Part shown: positions 58,195 to 64,000 of the stretch, piece by piece
Layout of the letters: every line of letters begins with the position of its first letter
How positions within the stretch are numbered: the first letter of the stretch is position 1
From: Longimicrobiales bacterium
GTDB taxonomy: Bacteria; Gemmatimonadota; Gemmatimonadetes; Longimicrobiales; Gaopeijiaceae
Direction: 5' to 3'
NCBI GenBank assembly: GCA_965116905.1
Contig: OZ220732.1
Span: 1,536,001-1,600,000, forward strand
DNA length: 64,000 nt
Notes under the pieces: model-generated
Databases searched by the model: none
What the model was told of the DNA's origin: nothing
Seen by the model: only the letters and a program-made list of their open reading frames with translations
Made by a program: the position numbers and the translations under genes

Positions 58195-58884
58195 TCATGA
58201 GACGCACAGCCCCAGCCATGCCAGGAGGTCTGCGACAAGAAAGCGGTCCACTCCCCTCTCGGCCCGGTAGAGGCCCGAGTAGCGCCTGACCAGCTCCAAA
58301 GTGGGCATGACCTGCCACGGGAACCGATACGTGGGCTCCAACAGCTCCTGCATGCCAAGGGCCGAGCGCACGACGTGCCAACCCGTGGGCATGTGTACCG
58401 CGTACGTATCGGTCCACGCGCACGGGTTCCCCGCCTCGAAGCTGGAGATACTTGTGTTTCTGGCCTGTTCCCTCATCGCCGGTGGCAAGGATACGGGTTC
58501 GGGATCAGTCCTCTCCCTCGCTCTCATCCACTCCAGTTTCGCCTCCCGGCACGCCCGGATACGGTTGCGTCCCTCGTGCCATGAAAACGCCTGTATCACG
58601 CCCCACAAGATGCCGGACCCGATGATAATGTTCTTTTCGTCCGTCGTGAAGCTGCCGCTATTGTCTGCCGCGACCAGGGCAGCTCCCGCCAGGTTCATCG
58701 TCGCAGCCACACCGTCAACGGCCGGTAGTATCGATGACTCGGTGCAGTACACGGGGTCGTCCGCCATTCGGAAAGCCGGATTAGGCGGGCCTTCCACAAA
58801 CAACACTGAGCAGCCCGAGGTGAGCAACGCCAGCATCGCCACCACGAGGATGCGGGTCTTTGTGAGCCTCTCCTTGGCTGTCAT
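58195..58884 (-). CDS. Hypothetical lipoprotein
   Basis: Lipobox LTSGC after a hydrophobic leader; two further hydrophobic segments; GGAGAG upstream. Confidence 0.55.
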   Translation of the reverse strand: MTAKERLTKTRILVVAMLALLTSGCSVLFVEGPPNPAFRMADDPVYCTESSILPAVDGVAATMNLAGAALVAADNSGSFTTDEKNIIIGSGILWGVIQAFSWHEGRNRIRACREAKLEWMRARERTDPEPVSLPPAMREQARNTSISSFEAGNPCAWTDTYAVHMPTGWHVVRSALGMQELLEPTYRFPWQVMPTLELVRRYSGLYRAERGVDRFLVADLLAWLGLCVS

Positions 58885-59359
58885 CTACTCTCCATCTCCT
58901 TTCATCTGACGTCTCTGGTCATGGAACGCATGGAGTCCTGCTCGGCGATTGAAGCCCTACCAAGGTCCGGTCCGACTCGGAATCCAGCACCCGATAGCGA
59001 GGGCGGCGAGCGGAGGCAGGACGACAAGGCGCCTCATGAGCGAATCTCCTGCTACTGGGGGAGCAGTCTATTTGGTTGGCGGGACGCTAATTTGTCGCGC
59101 AACGCATCGGTATTCTAATCGACTTGGTACGTTGGCTGTCAATAGACATCGCGAATATCATACTTTGAGTACAGTCGGCCGATCCGCGGCCGCGCTCCTT
59201 GGTTCAGGCACATCATGGCGACCGCGAACGGGGCCGAATAGGACCGGCAGGGCCGCCGGAGGCCGGGAGTCTGCCTGTTGACGCACGGGGTAGCCTGAAC
59301 CAATGGGGGTGGGGGACCACCGCGCGACGATCCAGGGTGCAGGATAGAAGAGGCAAGGA

Positions 59360-60319
59360 ATGTCTAGGGGTACTGAAGAGCAGGCTTCGGCGAAGAGTCG
59401 CGGCGAGCGACTCCAGCGATCCATCGTCAGTCGGCTCGATGCCACCGTGGTAGATCGGTGCAACCAAGAGATGGCCATGGCCGGAGTCACGCAGCCGAAG
59501 ATCTCCGACATAGTCGTGGTCCTCAACCTTCTCTTGAGGGAATGCTACTTGGTCTTCCTTCATCAGGTTGACCTCTGCCCCACTGCGACCCCACCGGTTA
59601 GTCAACTCCTGAAGCTATCTGAACGGTGCACCGCACCTTATCGGGGCAGAGAGCTTTGGCTGAGGACACCCGCGTATTATCGGAGGATTGAGAGCGCTGA
59701 CACCAAACCCACCGATCCACACGACGGTCTCCTGACCAAGGACGCCACTCCCTGGATGCGGCGAACTGTGGCGTTGGAGGTCGGTTCCATCGATAGTCTC
59801 AACGCGACGATGACGTTTGCCGCTGACCAGGAGCCCTGGGTCTACTGCACCTCGATCCCCCCGACGAATGAGGCCGAGCGGAAGGAGTTGATAGAGAGGT
59901 TCCCCGAGTATGACGCGATGACTGCGATCGAGGATCCAACCTCCTTCGCGGTGCGGCTGGGCATCGATTTCGCATTCAGCGTCCAGAAGCCCATCCATGT
60001 CGAACTCAGTCCACTAGAGAGGTGGGCGTACGACCAGAGCAGCTACAGTGTGCCTCTTTGGGAAGGGGAACATCCCATCGACAAGATCGTCCGTGTGTAC
60101 CACGGCCCGGTGGTCTACGAAGACCAGTCCGGCGTCCTGGGATCTGGGGAGGATGTCGTCGATGCCTCCATGGTTCCGAAGGGCTGGTTCACAAAGAAGA
60201 CGGAGTTCTCAGGAGAGCGAGAATACCGTTTCGCCGTGTCCACTCTCGGAAAGCCACGAGACGACACCTTCAGGCTACCAATATCAGACGAAATGAGACT
60301 GCTGACTGCTAAGGCGTGA
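59360..60319 (+). CDS. Hypothetical protein (C-terminal K..F..ExEYR motif, DUF2971-like)
   Basis: Long ORF with protein-like composition; VYCTS and FTKKTEFSGEREYRF motifs; start uncertain. Confidence 0.5.
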   Translation: MSRGTEEQASAKSRGERLQRSIVSRLDATVVDRCNQEMAMAGVTQPKISDIVVVLNLLLRECYLVFLHQVDLCPTATPPVSQLLKLSERCTAPYRGRELWLRTPAYYRRIESADTKPTDPHDGLLTKDATPWMRRTVALEVGSIDSLNATMTFAADQEPWVYCTSIPPTNEAERKELIERFPEYDAMTAIEDPTSFAVRLGIDFAFSVQKPIHVELSPLERWAYDQSSYSVPLWEGEHPIDKIVRVYHGPVVYEDQSGVLGSGEDVVDASMVPKGWFTKKTEFSGEREYRFAVSTLGKPRDDTFRLPISDEMRLLTAKA

Positions 60320-60360
60320 CCGACAAATCGAACTGATTCGGCGCGAAGCGGCCTCTGCCC

Positions 60361-61128
60361 CTACGCGCTCGACTGCTCAGCGACAAACTCGTAGAGCGGT
60401 TCCAGGTTGTCCCTCGCATGCCGCATCGCCCGAGGCGTGATCTCGGCGAGCGGGGTCCGGACCTTGAGGTGAGGGCTCACATACATCTCAACCTGTCGTT
60501 CCCACGGATGCCGTTTCGAAGGGAGCACGGTGACCGGGACCTTCCTGCGACCGCGATGTCGCTTCCGGGGGTCCAGGCATTCCCTCGCGCCTCGCAGGGC
60601 ATCTGCCCAGCCCTGACCATCGAGGCGATTCAGCGCGTTCGGCGTGGGGCCGAGAGTCGCCTCCCTGATTGGCGGTCGAGCGGAATACTGCCACGCGTCG
60701 CGCGTCCACTGCACGGTGACCTCATCGGGTCTTGCGACCCTTCCGCGATAGCGGGTCAGGAGGAGCGGACGGGAGATCTCCCGCTCGATGAGTCGCGCGG
60801 CCGGCCAGTCGTCGTACCGCATGCCCTCGAGGTTGACGCCCAACCAGACGAAGCCGCCATCGGGGCGGTAGCCAGCGTTCCATTGGACACCCTCGTTGCC
60901 GTCCGAGATGCCCAGGACGCCACGGGATGGGCTGCCGAAGTCCCTTCCGCGGCATCCGAAGATGTCTCTGAAGTGGCTCTTCAGGGCGTCGGCGGGGTGT
61001 TTGGGGACGGGCATGGAGGAGGGCCGGGATTCCGCGTGTGAAAGAAGGCAGTCGAGCGCACTGGTGGACTCGGGGGGCTGGTCCACAATCTGGCGTGGCG
61101 CGGTCGTGGTGTCATCATGGCCGTCCAC
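60361..61128 (-). CDS. Hypothetical protein (start possibly 61014)
   Basis: Open frame with globular-looking sequence (GISDGNEGVQWN, LGVNLEGM); no family recognised. Confidence 0.5.
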   Translation of the reverse strand: MDGHDDTTTAPRQIVDQPPESTSALDCLLSHAESRPSSMPVPKHPADALKSHFRDIFGCRGRDFGSPSRGVLGISDGNEGVQWNAGYRPDGGFVWLGVNLEGMRYDDWPAARLIEREISRPLLLTRYRGRVARPDEVTVQWTRDAWQYSARPPIREATLGPTPNALNRLDGQGWADALRGARECLDPRKRHRGRRKVPVTVLPSKRHPWERQVEMYVSPHLKVRTPLAEITPRAMRHARDNLEPLYEFVAEQSSA

Positions 61129-61249
61129 GGGGACGGTGTCTCGGACGGCGGTTTGGAAAGGGGGATGGCCGAATCCCCTGTGACGCTAGTGAAAAATAAA
61201 CACTGTCATCACTATATAGATAATCTTAATGGTAATCAACTTCACTAAC

Positions 61250-61277
61250 TTGACAGATGGGCTATCGTCCCTACGTT
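61250..61277 (+). promoter_or_regulatory. Sigma70-like promoter
   Basis: TTGACA-N16-TACGTT following an A/T-rich tract (61190-61250). Confidence 0.45.
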
Positions 61278-61347
61278 ACCTCTGCGGACAGCCCCCGACC
61301 CGGATGAGGCACCCTTGTCCCTCGAATCTCCTCGGAGGAGCCGACAA

Positions 61348-61818
61348 ATGATCTCGACATCTCGACCCGACCTCCCGGCTCTCTTGGCCTACCTCAAGCG
61401 CGTAGAGGAGGCGCGGAAGCTCGTGGCGGAGTTCGACGAATGGCTCGCGAGTGCCCCCCCACTGCCGAGCGTCGAAGCTCTGAAGGAACTGACGGACGGA
61501 ACGTCGCACAAGGAGTGGGAGACCACGGAGGACCTGGCCGTACGCGTCGTCGGAATCCTCCGCCATGACGGAGGCCCGCTACGTGCGCGCGACATCCTGA
61601 CGATCCTTCAGGAAACCGGAACGTCGTTCATTTCCGAGAACCCGGTCTACTCGGTGGTCGGAGCCCTGAAGGTCGCGCGTGAGAACGGCTGGGTCGTCAA
61701 GAAGGGCAGGGGATGGTGGCAGGCCGCGTCGCACGTTGCTGTCGATCCCGACGCCACCGCGGATGGTGGTGAGAGCGTGGCACCAACCGACTCGGGCGAT
61801 GGTTGGAGGTACGACTGA
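61348..61818 (+). CDS. Small winged-HTH (HARE-HTH-like) protein
   Basis: GGAGGAG RBS; 'ILRHDGGPLRARDIL....VVGAL.....VVKKGRGWW' wHTH pattern after a coiled-coil. Confidence 0.55.
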   Translation: MISTSRPDLPALLAYLKRVEEARKLVAEFDEWLASAPPLPSVEALKELTDGTSHKEWETTEDLAVRVVGILRHDGGPLRARDILTILQETGTSFISENPVYSVVGALKVARENGWVVKKGRGWWQAASHVAVDPDATADGGESVAPTDSGDGWRYD

Positions 61819-61989
61819 CGTGGCGAAACAATCTGTCCGCGAGCACTCCAATGGCGGGCGGATGATCCTTCGCCTCGCCAACGAAACGAGCTCTTGCGAA
61901 GGGCCTTGCACGTCGTTTCCCTGCAGCTCAGGTTGCTGGCGTAACGAGCAGGGAGCCTCGCGGAATCTCGGTTTGGGAGGAGTGATTCG

Positions 61990-63156
61990 TTGACCAATGC
62001 CGAGCGGTTCAAGACCTTGCGGGAAAGCGACGTGCGATCAATGGTCGAGCGTAGCGACACTGCCCTCGCGGAAATCCGCTTCGATGCCGACAACGGAGAT
62101 CCCGTAGCTCAATGGTGCCTCGGCATTTGCTATAAGGGGAGCATCGGGGTCTCGAAGGACCTTGCTGAAGCTGTCCGCTGGTTTCGCCCCGCCGCCGAAC
62201 AAGGGTATGCTCCAGCCCAGTACCAACTGGGTTTCGCGTACGCTGAAGGCGCAGGGGTCCCAAAGGACGTGACCGAAGCCGCCCGGTGGGAGCGCGCCGG
62301 AGCCGAACAGGGGCTTGCCGAAGCCCAGTACAACTTGGGAGTCTCGTATCGGGACGGGGCAGGTGTCCCACAGGACGATGCCGAAGCTGTCCGCTGGTTT
62401 CGCGCTGCCGCGGAACAGGGCGACGCCTCGGCCCAGAACAACCTCGGGTACTGCTACGCGATCGGAGAAGGCGTTCCGAAGGACGAAGCTGAAGCTGTCC
62501 GATGGTATCGCGCCGCGGCCGACCAAGGGCTTGCCTTAGCCCAGTACAACCTTGGGTACTGCTACGCGAATGGGGAAGGCGTTCCGGAGGACGAAGCTGA
62601 AGCTGTCCGATGGTTTCGCGCTGCCGCGGAACAGGGTGACGCCTCGGCCCAGAACAACCTCGGGTACTGCTACGCGATCGGAGAAGGCGTTCCGAAGGAC
62701 GAAGCTGAAGCTGTCCGATGGTATCGCGCCGCGGCCGATCAGGGATTCGCGGAGGCCCAGTACAGCCTTGCAGTGGCGTATGCAAATGGAGCCGGCGTCC
62801 CGAAGGACGAAGCCGAAGCCGTCAGGTGCTACCGTGCCGCAGCCGAGCAGGGGCTTGCGTGGGCCCAAAACGACCTCGGGGTTGCCTACGCGGACGGTAA
62901 GGGCGTCAACAGGAATGCTGCCGAAGCCGTTCGTTGGTATCGAGCCGCAGCGGAACAAGGGCTAGCCAATGCCCAATGGAATCTTGGAAAGTCATACGCA
63001 ATCGGCCATGGGGTGCTGCAGGACGGTGCCGCAGCTGCTCGGTGGTATCGGGCCGCCGCCGATCAAGGATACGGTGGCCCGGGTGGGAACTTCTTCGAGC
63101 GGATATCGGACCGAATAGTCATCTGGGCGGCTCGACATAGACGTCCGTGGCCTTGA
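61990..63156 (+). CDS. Sel1-like repeat protein (about 9 repeats)
   Basis: 36-aa repeats AQYNLG..Y..G.GVP.D.AEAVRWYRAAA.QG; GGAGGAG RBS. Confidence 0.92.
   Translation: MTNAERFKTLRESDVRSMVERSDTALAEIRFDADNGDPVAQWCLGICYKGSIGVSKDLAEAVRWFRPAAEQGYAPAQYQLGFAYAEGAGVPKDVTEAARWERAGAEQGLAEAQYNLGVSYRDGAGVPQDDAEAVRWFRAAAEQGDASAQNNLGYCYAIGEGVPKDEAEAVRWYRAAADQGLALAQYNLGYCYANGEGVPEDEAEAVRWFRAAAEQGDASAQNNLGYCYAIGEGVPKDEAEAVRWYRAAADQGFAEAQYSLAVAYANGAGVPKDEAEAVRCYRAAAEQGLAWAQNDLGVAYADGKGVNRNAAEAVRWYRAAAEQGLANAQWNLGKSYAIGHGVLQDGAAAARWYRAAADQGYGGPGGNFFERISDRIVIWAARHRRPWP
62383..62738 (+). repeat. 140-bp near-identical duplication at 216-bp offset inside the Sel1 gene
   Basis: 62383-62522 vs 62599-62738, 2 mismatches seen. 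Confidence 0.85.
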
Positions 63157-63174
63157 GGGCCATCATCTCCAACC

Positions 63175-63666
63175 TCAATAGTCGGTCCGCGTCCCCCAGT
63201 AGCTTATGGTGTAGAGGACATCAATGACGTGTTCCATGTACTCGGAATAGTGCTCCCCGAGGTCGTCTCCTCGCGTCATTTCCCGAACCGCGTCCACGGT
63301 GCTTTCCTTCATCGCCTTTACGTAGCCGAATCGCCCCGCCGAATAGGTCACGAATCCCTCTGACTCCTCCCTCGCCATTGGCCGCATTTCCCTGCTTGCC
63401 CAGAAATGGTTGCCACGACGATCCTTGACCACCCGGACGAGGTACTCCTCGGAATCAGCTCTGTCCAGCGCTTCTTCGTGAACAGTCCAGCCTGCCTGCG
63501 TTAGGCCTACGATGACCCTCTTCCCCGGACGGCCCTCGAACACCACCTCATACTGTTCGTGCTCGGTGAGCGCCGCACCCGAGACCAGGAGCCCCACGCC
63601 CACGCAAAGCCAGCGTACCAGACTGATCCTTCCCGCGCGCCGTGTCCTCTTGCCAGCAGCATCCAT
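63175..63666 (-). CDS. Hypothetical exported protein
   Basis: Basic N-terminus then hydrophobic helix; HFWASRE and YMEHV motifs; no family recognised. Confidence 0.55.
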   Translation of the reverse strand: MDAAGKRTRRAGRISLVRWLCVGVGLLVSGAALTEHEQYEVVFEGRPGKRVIVGLTQAGWTVHEEALDRADSEEYLVRVVKDRRGNHFWASREMRPMAREESEGFVTYSAGRFGYVKAMKESTVDAVREMTRGDDLGEHYSEYMEHVIDVLYTISYWGTRTDY

Positions 63667-64000
63667 ACCGGTTCGTCTCTTTCTCTGAAGTGGGTTCTGT
63701 TCCGCCAACCTCGTCGTCGCGAGCACCTCGGCTTCTACCCACCGAAACCTACAGACCTGGCCAGCATGATGACATCATCGCGCTAGCCCGCCGACACCAT
63801 CGGAGGCTTCGCGTTTCCCGTCAAGGTGGACGGTCTTCCCGCCGTCGCAGTTAGGCGAAAGAAACATGCGGTTGTACCGGTCCCGGTTTCTTGGACAAGT
63901 GGACGGCTTAAACATCAGGCCGCCAATGCGGTGGCTGACGGCTCCCACCTGGGCGGTGTCCCGGACTCGCAGGGTGGGATGCGAGGATCGGCGATGGACC

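Overview
High-GC bacterial DNA. The gene content (TonB receptor plus lipoprotein, many signal-peptide hydrolases, carboxypeptidase-regulatory-like domain proteins, spondin and Sel1 proteins) suggests a Gemmatimonadota-like, possibly host- or sponge-associated organism; this is inference only. Positions 1-45.75 kb are mostly metabolic: a heterotetrameric sarcosine-oxidase-type cluster, two divergent S9 peptidases, amidohydrolases, ilvE and a form I (AYRCSFR) aerobic CO dehydrogenase cluster. The CODH cluster is split between coxD and coxE by an ~8.5 kb block carrying an E. coli-type frdABCD fumarate reductase, a frameshifted lytic transglycosylase, a spondin lipoprotein, a Fic gene and a Uma2 gene. 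coxE begins with a 56-bp copy of the Uma2 gene's 5' end. From ~45.8 kb to the end is a visibly more A/T-rich accessory/defence island. It holds an ABC-type ATPase + TOPRIM-like pair, a tightly coupled five-gene operon (GIY-YIG, ParB/Srx-like, SNF2 helicase, ComEC-type MBL hydrolase, membrane protein) divergent from yefM-yoeB and dcm-vsr, a TerB-like/2xSAP/FokI-like nuclease, hypotheticals and a Sel1-repeat protein. The five-gene operon with its methylase neighbours is the best candidate for an undescribed system. No rRNA, tRNA, CRISPR array, integrase or transposase was recognised. All family calls come from motif recognition by eye, not database searches.
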